Of a DNA stretch of 64,000 bases, positions 54,897-63,902 are shown piece by piece; position 1 is the stretch's first letter; the number at the start of each line of letters is the position of its first letter. Origin of the DNA: a virus; the IMG/VR virus record IMGVR_UViG_3300049617_000088, positions 31,714 to 95,713 of that record, one strand, 5' to 3'. The position numbers and the translations under genes were made by a program. The notes beneath the pieces were generated by a model. The model ran no database searches, was not told the origin of the DNA, and saw only the letters and a program-made list of their open reading frames with translations.

Positions 54897-56526
54897 ACGT
54901 TTTACAGTCAGGGTGTCATTTATTTTTATGAATCTCTGCTAGAATCTCTCGCAGCCTAGCTTCACTAAGGTCAAGTTCTTTTTCCAAAGAACGATTGTAT
55001 TCCTGACAATTATGGAGCTGACTATTTTTAGCAATACAGCCGCATGAAAACAAAAGTATTCCCAGAAATAGGAATTTCATATCATACCGCCAGCCACCAA
55101 AACAGTACGTTTATGATACTCCAAAACGAATAGACGAAACTGTTCTACATTCTCATGGAGCTTAACTAAGTCTTCAGTGTTAGGACCACAACCATCTTCC
55201 CAACAAGTTCGAGCATGAACATACTCTTCGGTCTTCTTCAGAAGATCATTGAGCATCTCCTCGAACTTGTTGTCGGGTTTGACGTCTGGATTAATTACCG
55301 GATACATTTAAAAACTCTTCTTCCTTAAGATGGCGAATCCATCGCCTCATGATGTATCCAATCCATTTGAGTTGTAAAGTATCAAATGGATGTCGTTTAC
55401 AACCAAGAGTAATTAGTATTCCCAATACAGAAAGCAGATGAAGTGGAATACAAACGATATCTCTTATCAATCTAAATTTTAGATTCAGATTCATTTTAGT
55501 TCGTCTCCCCATAGTACCAACGATGCATGTAGCTGTCAATATCCCAGCCACTCGATTCAATCAGATTTTGAATCTCTAGACAATGCTTCTCAATCTCCTG
55601 AGTCTCATGGTCTTCGAAATTCTTTTGATACATCGCCTCTACCAAAGGATAGAGAATCTGATACGGTACTTTGTTATTAGTGGTAGCCATTAGCTTGAAC
55701 CAAAACCTTCCGGGCTTGAGAATACAAATCCTCCCAAGTGGTTGAGAAGCGATCTGTTTGCGCAGCCCACTCTTTCTTGAATTGAGTTAGACTTAGGCGC
55801 CGACCAATTGATCGATGATCAATCATCGGATTAGAAAGACGTGCTGGACGAATTGATGCAATACAAGGAAGCTTTCTATAATCATCAGTGCCTCGCAAGG
55901 TCTCGGAATCATAGAATTTTTCTTTGTATTTAATGAAAGCATGAACGGGACAGCCCCATAGTTCAAGACCTTTGAAGGTATGGAAGGAGAGGTAAGCCCA
56001 CATAAAGCACCTACCCCAATTGATCTCGTTCGGTGGGATATCTGGAAAGTAGAACTCAGTTACAAACTTGGGTTGGAATTTCTGAATTTTCCTCACGACC
56101 CATTTCCTCCAGCACCTGATCCCAATTCCAACCACAAGCTTCAATGTAAGCGTCAATGGTATCTGCCCGCTCCATTGCCAATTCATCTGTTGAGAGGTCG
56201 CCCTCAAAGAACAACTTCTCCAAACCCATTGACATTTGACTATACGGTACCCGCTTCATGTTCAATGTTTTCCTTCAGTTTCGATCCGCTTGAGATATTC
56301 CTTCTCAGCAGTTTTCAGGTTATCAGAATAGGAAGTCCAATATTTGCAAGAAGGTTCCCAAACACCATCGACCAAATGCATGTTCTCGCGACAAGCCTCG
56401 AATGGTTCTGATCCATACTTCAGCAAACGAAGTACATAACGATACTTAGTAAAAGCATTCTTATACAGGTGAGACGACTTGAGAATCGTCTCGTCTTCTT
56501 TGATCGTTTCCATTGTCGCCCTCCGT

Positions 56527-56557
56527 ATCTGTAGGGCAAACCCGTTTTACGATGGGT
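56527..56557 (-). promoter_or_regulatory. Bipartite motif copy 6 (N9-TACAGAT)
   Basis: Overlaps the stop of 56547..56849; GGAGG and ATG at 56513 follow. Confidence 0.75.
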
Positions 56558-57374
56558 ACTTTTCCGGTGGAGGTGTAAATGTAATCTCGTCACCCTCACT
56601 AGGTTTATCATTGTGCCCGACAGGAACCAACATTAAAGAATGCAAACGATTGATTGGTGTGGCTTTCTTTACAAGATTGGCGATGTAATTAGTGCCCAAC
56701 ATTGTTGGGTATAGAATTATCGCAAGTGGCCAAAAGATTCCGATGAGCACCCACGGCACCTCATTCTCGTGAGGATCAAAAGCCTTGGCAACGCCAGTGG
56801 CTATCCCCATTCCCAACAGATAGCCAAGAACACACAATGCGATAATCATCTGCCTCGATACCTTTCAATCGTATTGTTTAGAAACGAATTGATTGCAACC
56901 GCAGCCAGAGCATAGAGATCATCCTCCGCCCTCGCCTTGCGATTGAAGAAGTTTTGAACGAACCTTCTGTCTTCATCAGGACAATCTAATCCCTTTAGCT
57001 CTGCCATGACATACTGGCTAAGAACATAGAGATCCTTAGTTCGCTGATCACAACTCCAGTTGTCAGACTTGCCAACTTTTAATTCGGCTGCCCAAATTTT
57101 GTACCAAGTTTGGTGTGGAGGTGTTCCTACTTCCGTGGGAAGTTCCCAATCCAAATCTTCTTTAACTGATTTGGCGGTGTATTGATCGGGCATAGCTCTT
57201 GGATATTCCACGGGTTCTCCGAATTTAGTTTCGTTACCTTCACCCCCAGAACCAACCACATTTAGTTGGACCAGCACAAGGAGTCTTGCCGCAAAAACGA
57301 AAGACCATCCACGGCTTGGAATCTTCTGATTGAGATTCCTTGTGTTTCTTACCAGACATTGATTGCCTTTTAAA

Positions 57375-57851
57375 TTATTTATTGAGAATACGAACGGCTT
57401 CCCGAACATGATGATCTTGCAAGCCATCTTCAAAAAGAGTTTTAATATGAAAAGCTCTTAGCTCATCCATCCACTCATCATCCAAGATGACGAAAGCTTC
57501 TGGCTTCTCATTCATTCCTAACCAAGCTTTGATTTCAAACTCCCTATCATGCGCTACATAAAGAGTAGAATTTTCAGCAAGCTGTGGTTCAGGAGTCATC
57601 CCAATGATTGGGGCAAGAATGTTATAACTTGCCATAGACTCCTGGCACTTATCCAAACGATTTTTAAAAGCATAACGCCAGGTGGAACTGAGAACTATGC
57701 AAGAACCCGTTTGAGCTGCAATGGCATTCAATCGAATGACTGCTTCTGAATCAATTTGATTGGCAGGGTCATCCCAAGCCTCGCCAATGGAGCGCATATA
57801 TTTTCGGGAATTTAAAACTCCGTCAATGTCTAGAAATATTACCTTTGCCAT
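57375..57851 (-). CDS. HAD-family phosphatase of the type linked to RNA repair
   Basis: IFLDIDGVLN, LSSTWR, R..EI..WL, FVILDD. Confidence 0.85.
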   Translation of the reverse strand: MAKVIFLDIDGVLNSRKYMRSIGEAWDDPANQIDSEAVIRLNAIAAQTGSCIVLSSTWRYAFKNRLDKCQESMASYNILAPIIGMTPEPQLAENSTLYVAHDREFEIKAWLGMNEKPEAFVILDDEWMDELRAFHIKTLFEDGLQDHHVREAVRILNK

Positions 57852-58256
57852 GCTAGCTTTATATCAGAAGATTAGCTGCTGAATTTTCTTTTCAATCAGC
57901 AGGAAAAGCTTTGTCGAATTTTCCTAAAAATTCTGGCGTAGCGCCAGCCTCTACCAAAGATTTACGAATAGTAGAAATTAGTTCTTTCCGAGCTTTAGCT
58001 AGTCTATCCAAACCATTAGAGGAACAACCATAATCGTAATGAAGAGTCATACAAGTCAGTTGTAGATCATCTATCGCTGGCTTGAGAAACTCTTCTATAA
58101 CTAGACGGGGAACTTTCATTTCAATGCAACCTTGCTTCAGCCACCTTGATTGCATCAACTTTTAGCTGCATGTTGATGAAGCGTTGGTAATCTCCAACAA
58201 TCAATGCTTCATCCATCCAAGCAGTAAGAATGTCTAATGCTTCGCGGGTAGACATT

Positions 58257-58568
58257 TTACTTCTGCTTGCGACAAGCTTTGGTGTCTGCCAGGCAATTCT
58301 TCAGCTTGTTATACTCAAGCTCTGCCTGAGCCTTAACAGCAGTCAAAGCCTCATCAGCCGAATGCTTGAGCTGCTCCTTGTAAACTGCCATCTGAGTAGC
58401 AGCCTCATCAGTTGCCGTCTCACGAACACGGGCAAGTTGCTCGCCCAAGTCTTCCTTCTTCTGCTCAATCTGCTTCTGAGCGTCAGCCATGCCACGCTCA
58501 TACTCGCTATGATTAGTAGCGCAAGCAGCCAGTGCAACCATCCCAAGTGCAAAAATAAAATTCTTCAT
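58257..58568 (-). CDS. Putative coiled-coil lipoprotein
   Basis: Lipobox LAAC. Confidence 0.65.
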   Translation of the reverse strand: MKNFIFALGMVALAACATNHSEYERGMADAQKQIEQKKEDLGEQLARVRETATDEAATQMAVYKEQLKHSADEALTAVKAQAELEYNKLKNCLADTKACRKQK

Positions 58569-59007
58569 GGTACGAAAGTTCCTTTGTTAGAGATAATGCT
58601 AAGCTATTACTTTCATTGGGAAGACTACTTCCTTTCTTACAATTACAGTTGGTACACATCGTTTGAAGATTTTCAATCTGGTTGGTACCACCCAATGATT
58701 TCGGAATGATATGATCCTTAGTCATAAGAATCAAATTTCCACTATCTCCATGCGCAAACAGATTCAAATGCGGAATGATATCCTGTGGCACAAGACCATT
58801 CTTACGTGCTTGATATTCCAAGGAGAATGTTTTCCCAATCAAACCACACGAAACACACTTGAGATTACGTTTGAAACATTCCAAACGTTCGCTGTTCATG
58901 TTAGAACTAACCATTCCCTGCGGAGTATCAAAATCCATTCTTGGCATACCAAAACCAATGAAGGGAAGAATATACTCCACAGGAAATCTTGCTAGTACGA
59001 TCATCAT
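58513..59007 (-). CDS. HNH endonuclease-domain protein
   Basis: CVSCG, TKDHIIPKSLGG....NLQTMCTNCN. Confidence 0.88.
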   Translation of the reverse strand: MMIVLARFPVEYILPFIGFGMPRMDFDTPQGMVSSNMNSERLECFKRNLKCVSCGLIGKTFSLEYQARKNGLVPQDIIPHLNLFAHGDSGNLILMTKDHIIPKSLGGTNQIENLQTMCTNCNCKKGSSLPNESNSLALSLTKELSYHEEFYFCTWDGCTGCLRY

Positions 59008-59016
59008 TCCAAAACC

Positions 59017-59614
59017 TTAGTTGTTAGAAGAAACTAATTTACACAAACTAATCCACTTATTAAGTGGAAAACTATATTTAGATCTATTACAATCTAAACA
59101 AGAAATGTTTATGTTTTCATTAACATTTTGACCGCCCAAACAAACAGGAATTATATGATCTAAACTCTTTGGATTATCTTCTGAAAATAATCTAGTACAA
59201 TAGCAACACGCAGTTGCATGCACATATCTTCTAGAGACTTCAAGTAGAGTTATAGAATCAACTTTCCTTTCCCAGCCATCAGTTTGGCGATCTGAACACA
59301 ATGCATGATGTACTATATTTCGTGCTATGTATGAACAATCATCGCACCTCTTATGTCCCGTTCTAAATGGGAAAAATTTATTTCCACAAATCTCACAATC
59401 ATATATAAAATAGATATTGGAATCTTTTTTCTGAATATCCATTCTTAACTGAAAGGAAAATTTTACCTTTCTTGCGAGTCGCCTTTGCTTTTTTCAAAGA
59501 CTTACATTCTTTACAAATGTAATCTAATCCATCAGATTGCTGGCGATTTATAGTAAAATTTTCTTTTATGGATTTCTTTTTATTACAGTTGGCACACACC
59601 TTGTACTTTTTCAT
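59017..59614 (-). pseudogene. HNH endonuclease, probably one gene with a frameshift near 59460
   Basis: Zn finger (CANC...CKEC) at 59399..59614 plus CCYC...LDHIIP...GG....N...SC..CN at 59017..59442. Confidence 0.7.
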
Positions 59615-59665
59615 ACAAAGTATATATCGACTCTTTCCAAGATTAAATTAGCAACATAGAAAGAA

Positions 59666-61171
59666 CTACGCCGATTTACTAACTAGATAGAGTTCACGTC
59701 TAGCTCTAGTAACGGCAACGTAATACAGATTGGCTTCCTCAATCCCCTTAGTGGGGCGATAAGTATCCGTCAACATGAAGACGCGATTGCGCTCCAAACC
59801 CTTTGCCTTGTGCGTAGTAGAAAGAATGACGCGACTGTCATCATCCTTATCCGTGAACAAGTCATTGAGATTGCTCTTGACTTCATCCAGCGTACGAGTG
59901 CCTTCACACAAGGTTTCCAAACATTCCACCTTGTCTTCCAGAATAGAAGGATCGCGCTTGGCTTTTACCAAACGTTCCACCTCAATCGCCTTGTACTCCG
60001 ACAACCATCCCAAGAAAGAATCCACGCTCTTTGCCTTGGATCGCTTGATCAATGACATGAGATTTTTTCCCATATCATTTCCTTGAATATTTGCTGGTAT
60101 TCTAGCCTTGAGCAGATTGAGGCAGCCACGAATCAAAGGCGCATTGGTACGTGAGAGAATGAAATCTCCGGGACGAACCATTGACTCTACCTTCTCACCA
60201 CTAATCTCGGAAACCAAACCCTCCTCTGCATTGGGAGCGTACTGGATATCCGGGACAATCGTTTGCGCCAATTGAACAATCGCCTTGGCACAACGATAGG
60301 TAACACTCAGAGGCAATCGCTTGGAGTTGCAACGAGTGACGATGTTCTGAATGGCATTGGAGTCAGCACCACGGAAACCGTAGATGGCTTGACGTTCATC
60401 ACCAACAGAGATGATGCGACCATTAGCACCGCAAGAGTTGATAGCCAGATTGATCTGCGCAACGTTGAGATCCTGCGCCTCATCAATGAAGACCATCCCA
60501 TACTTGTCGAGCTTGATATCAAGCACGTTCGGGAGCCAGATCATATCATCGAAGTCAATACGATTGAGATCCTTCTTGCAAGCATTCATCACCTTGATGA
60601 TGGTAGTAACGAAAGCTTCGCGAGAATCCTCGCAGGTATCGATCCCATGACGATCCAGAATCGGATCAATCTCTTCGGGAGTCGCTGCCAGATATCCCTT
60701 GCAAAGAGAAACTGCCTTGGCAAGGGAAGCCCGAACCTCATACGTTTCAGGATCCGTTCCACGTTCAGCAGAAACGAATCCTTCCAACTTATTCCCCTTC
60801 TCCTTCTCGATCTGAGCAAAAGGATACGTCCGCTTAGTTGCACGCCAGCCCAGAGAATGCAGAGTAAGAACCGTCACCTTCTCGGGTGCCTTCTTCTCAA
60901 GCTCGATCTGAATCGGCTTGGCGAAAGCGCACATCAAAGACTCGCGACCGGCAGGAACATGATAGAAGCCTTCGACAATAGAAGAAGACTTGCCGCTTCC
61001 GGCGTAGGCATCTACCTGCGTGTTGCCAGTTCCCTTGGCGATATCTGCAAAGATATCGATCTGAAAGTTACTCCACTCACGAACCACTCGCGGAGCTTTG
61101 ACGATAGGAGGCTTGACCCAAGGCTTCTTGGCAGCCGTACCCTTTGAAGCATAGGAGCGATTGTACGCCAT
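59666..61171 (-). CDS. UvrD/Rep-like superfamily 1 helicase
   Basis: AYAGSGKS, TLHSLG, IDEAQD, VGDERQAIYGFRGA, TYRC, STTHKAKGLE, YVAVTRAR. Confidence 0.95.
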   Translation of the reverse strand: MAYNRSYASKGTAAKKPWVKPPIVKAPRVVREWSNFQIDIFADIAKGTGNTQVDAYAGSGKSSSIVEGFYHVPAGRESLMCAFAKPIQIELEKKAPEKVTVLTLHSLGWRATKRTYPFAQIEKEKGNKLEGFVSAERGTDPETYEVRASLAKAVSLCKGYLAATPEEIDPILDRHGIDTCEDSREAFVTTIIKVMNACKKDLNRIDFDDMIWLPNVLDIKLDKYGMVFIDEAQDLNVAQINLAINSCGANGRIISVGDERQAIYGFRGADSNAIQNIVTRCNSKRLPLSVTYRCAKAIVQLAQTIVPDIQYAPNAEEGLVSEISGEKVESMVRPGDFILSRTNAPLIRGCLNLLKARIPANIQGNDMGKNLMSLIKRSKAKSVDSFLGWLSEYKAIEVERLVKAKRDPSILEDKVECLETLCEGTRTLDEVKSNLNDLFTDKDDDSRVILSTTHKAKGLERNRVFMLTDTYRPTKGIEEANLYYVAVTRARRELYLVSKSA

Positions 61172-61248
61172 GACTTCGATAACCATTATAGCCGGTTGGG
61201 CTATTCCTTTATGTTGAGTGTCAATTGAGAGCTAACGTCGGTTGTGTC

Positions 61249-61279
61249 GTCTGTGCCTTCGATGCGTTTTACGATGGGT
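61249..61279 (-). promoter_or_regulatory. Bipartite motif copy 7 (N9-CACAGAC), inside the 3' end of 61201..61701 and upstream of the helicase
   Basis: Exact 15-mer match. Confidence 0.65.
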
Positions 61280-61725
61280 TGATACGTTGGCTGCGCAGAC
61301 CTACACCAGTCTACATAGTTGCTATGGGCGTCATGCCAATCAGCAACCAATTCATCTTCTGGAAGATTGTTCGTGACATCCAAACTAATCAATTGATTAT
61401 GAATGAAGGGAAGTAAAAACTTCTTCATTCTTTCTCCGAGCTTCCATTCAATCTCTCGGAGACGAGCTTCTGCTTTTTCTTTCGCGTCGATACAATCTTC
61501 TTCCGTTTCCAATGGAGCTGGAGGATTGCGAATTACTATCTCCCAAGAAACTAGATGACGACCATCCCAATCCTTGTTGACATAAGAAGCGTTGGCAGCA
61601 CCGGGAGAAAGCTGGCGCACATCCTTACTTGCTTGTGCCAACAGATCCACTACATCATCAACAGTTAGACGTTCGGATTCTATATTGAGAATTAGTTTCA
61701 TTTGAACTTTCTAAAAAGAATTGAT

Positions 61726-61889
61726 CTAGCACACGGCTGCGAGGTCTTCCTTTACCTTGATCCGGTAATGGATTCGCCGTTTCCTGAAAGTTGGTGGCAG
61801 CCATTTTCAGGCATCATAACTCGCCCAATCATCCTGCCCGACGACAGGACATGCTAGGATAGTTTCGCTTCTCTTGGAAGGCTACTATC
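61726..61889 (-). ncRNA. Candidate structured RNA or cis-regulatory leader
   Basis: Nested helices CTAGCA/TGCTAG, GCGAG/CTCGC, CCTGAAA/TTTCAGG, TCCTGTC/GGCAGGA, TTACC/GGTAA, GATAGT/ACTATC. Confidence 0.5.
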
Positions 61890-62197
61890 AAACTAAGTCT
61901 AATACCATACCTTTAGAATCTGCGGCTTCTTGTGTCCAGCTTTAATTAGCTGAGCAAGAACCTTGTCTCTTACCTTGATGGTAGTAGGGAAATCAAGCTC
62001 ACGTCCATGACAGGATGTGTGTCCAGTTTTGGAATTGATCTTGAAAACAGAATATCGATCATCGTGACCAGCCATGGGATCATACGCGCAGAAAACAATG
62101 TAGCCATGATCCAATCCATCCTTGGAAGGCAGGGCAACAATGCTTTGCCACACTATTGAAATATGGTAGCGATAGCTTTATCTTTTTTCATATCTTT

Positions 62198-62689
62198 TCA
62201 GGTACCAAAAATTCCCTTGAATGTTTTGCATTGAAAACAGATATGCGTTCCATCTTGTTGATCTGCGTATGCAAACTCATTGTAGTTTTTACAGGGACCG
62301 CGACAAGTCGCACCAGGAGTTGATGCCTTAAAAGCAAGGGCTGTATTACAATCCGCTGTTTGCGGATTAACTTCATCACCATTCTCGTTCTTTACTTTGC
62401 GAGAATACACTGTCCAGTACTGAGTATAATCAGATTCATAATTATCCTGGTAATCATTAAAATGTCTGATTACTTTTTTGTAATGTTTCTGGCTAAGGTA
62501 AATATGAATTTGATCACCATATTCTTGTTTCTGCTCATCGTTACTATCCCAATGATTATCAATGTGATCTACAATTTCATCGGCTGCTTGTTTCAAGGCA
62601 GCTTGTTCTGAATCAAAAATGCTGATATTACATTCATTGTCAGAGGGATACTTCCATTCACAGACCCAGACTTCCATTTGAATCTCCAA
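62198..62689 (-). CDS. Hypothetical protein with C-terminal Zn ribbon
   Basis: CRGPCKNYNEFA...HICFQC. Confidence 0.6.
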   Translation of the reverse strand: MEIQMEVWVCEWKYPSDNECNISIFDSEQAALKQAADEIVDHIDNHWDSNDEQKQEYGDQIHIYLSQKHYKKVIRHFNDYQDNYESDYTQYWTVYSRKVKNENGDEVNPQTADCNTALAFKASTPGATCRGPCKNYNEFAYADQQDGTHICFQCKTFKGIFGT

Positions 62690-62700
62690 AAGAAAAGAGA

Positions 62701-62911
62701 ATGCTTATCCGCATCCGGTTGTCTCCTCATGCAAGCATGGGGCTACGCCTTCGCCGCTTCGTTGGCTCTCGCGTTCAACGCCTAAATTGTCCGTAGCAAC
62801 CTTCCGATAAACAGCCTCAGAACTATGAGATTGAAATCATCTCACTCATAGTTAGACTCGATAGCTGGGCTTGGCGAACCATCTCATACTATCGGATAAA
62901 TAAACTTATCC
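62701..62911 (-). ncRNA. Candidate structured RNA
   Basis: TCCGATA/TATCGGA encloses AACTATGAG/CTCATAGTT; GGTTG/CAACC domain; terminal hairpin plus T-rich tract. Confidence 0.45.
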
Positions 62912-62947
62912 TAATTTATTTACCTTTATCCCCGATTCCCTTCCTGA

Positions 62948-63397
62948 TTACGCCGAAGCCGTCGCCTCAGTCTCCGAAGCCGGAACATCACTCCAGCGCT
63001 TGACACCACCACCCTTGCCATTGGTAATGCAGAAGAGGCGCGTACGAGGAGCCTCCGCCGCCTGAAGAATCGCCTTGGTCTTCTTGTCCGTCTTCTGATG
63101 ACGGTCAGCATTCTCGCGAACATAAGCGAGAACCCGCTCACTCAGAGCAGCATGATTGCTCGGCAGAGCATTCAGCTCCTGCATAGCATAGTTGTTGAGA
63201 GCCGGCATGTTGATGTTGACGCCGGGGTACTTGTCGAAGACGGCATTGACCGCCTCCGCAATCGTCTCATCCTGAGTGTCCTTCTCGGCAATGAACTGAT
63301 CGAGAGCCGTCTCACAAGCAGTGAGAGACGCCTCACGGTCAACACGACCAGAAGCAGCGAGCGTAGCAAGCGTAACAGTGAGAGTAAGAGTAGCCAT
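62948..63397 (-). CDS. Putative winged-helix DNA-binding protein; paralogue of 22682..23080
   Basis: AVNAVFDKYP...MPAL...HAAL..R...NGKGGGV. Confidence 0.6.
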   Translation of the reverse strand: MATLTLTVTLATLAASGRVDREASLTACETALDQFIAEKDTQDETIAEAVNAVFDKYPGVNINMPALNNYAMQELNALPSNHAALSERVLAYVRENADRHQKTDKKTKAILQAAEAPRTRLFCITNGKGGGVKRWSDVPASETEATASA

Positions 63398-63496
63398 GAT
63401 GTTGTACCATCCTTTATATACGAAACATTGTATCTTCACTATCCCAACCTAACAAAATGTTAGTGCTGCTAGTTCAGATACGGGTTGCAGACTCGA

Positions 63497-63525
63497 AACA
63501 TAAGTAAGACTCGTTGCGATGTCAA
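63497..63525 (-). promoter_or_regulatory. sigma70-like promoter TTGACA-N17-TATGTT
   Basis: Consensus -35 with 17-bp spacer upstream of 63397. Confidence 0.65.
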
Positions 63526-63583
63526 CCCCGTTTCGGACGAATCGGGGCTAAAGCAGAGCGCGGCTTCTTTCCGCCTTGCTCAC

Positions 63584-63614
63584 ACCCTTACCAACCAACC
63601 GTTTTACGATGGGT
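63584..63614 (-). promoter_or_regulatory. Bipartite motif copy 8 (N9-TAAGGGT)
   Basis: Exact 15-mer match. Confidence 0.7.
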
Positions 63615-63715
63615 CATTGCCCAATCTCAGCGGAATCCGTTGGGACTGAACAATTCGGTAAGGTATGCTTGGAATGACGAAGGGCGCTCAATCTGTCGCC
63701 CCATTCTAAGTGACC
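63612..63715 (+). ncRNA. Candidate plus-strand multi-way-junction RNA
   Basis: GGTCAT/GTGACC closes TCTCAGCGG/CCGTTGGGA, ACTGAA/TTCGGT and CTTGGAATG/CATTCTAAG; non-Watson-Crick pairs are G-U on the plus strand. Confidence 0.5.
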
Positions 63716-63856
63716 GTTATTGTTATTCTTTATTACTATCGTTACACTAAATGACCATACATTACACTAAATGACAATATATGACCATACATCCTTCCCT
63801 TTTACATCTAATTGCTGCCCAGCTTGCTGGACTTGGGTAGGTGTGGCGTGCTTAAA

Positions 63857-63902
63857 CTTTGGGCAACAACTGGTAGCTGTCCGCACCAGTTGTTGCCCAA
63901 AG
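63857..63902. repeat. 18-bp perfect inverted repeat with 10-nt loop
   Basis: CTTTGGGCAACAACTGGT / ACCAGTTGTTGCCCAAAG. Confidence 0.9.

Noticed and set aside
60263-61147. Long plus-strand ORFs (this one, 43814..44626, 22573..23070, 52857..53429 and similar)
   Set aside because: Antisense shadows of well-supported minus-strand genes, with no recognisable motifs.
10834-63614. The 15-mer as a dispersed CRISPR repeat or integron attC site
   Set aside because: Non-palindromic, kilobases apart, with a fixed-spacing second box and downstream RBS; this fits a promoter better.
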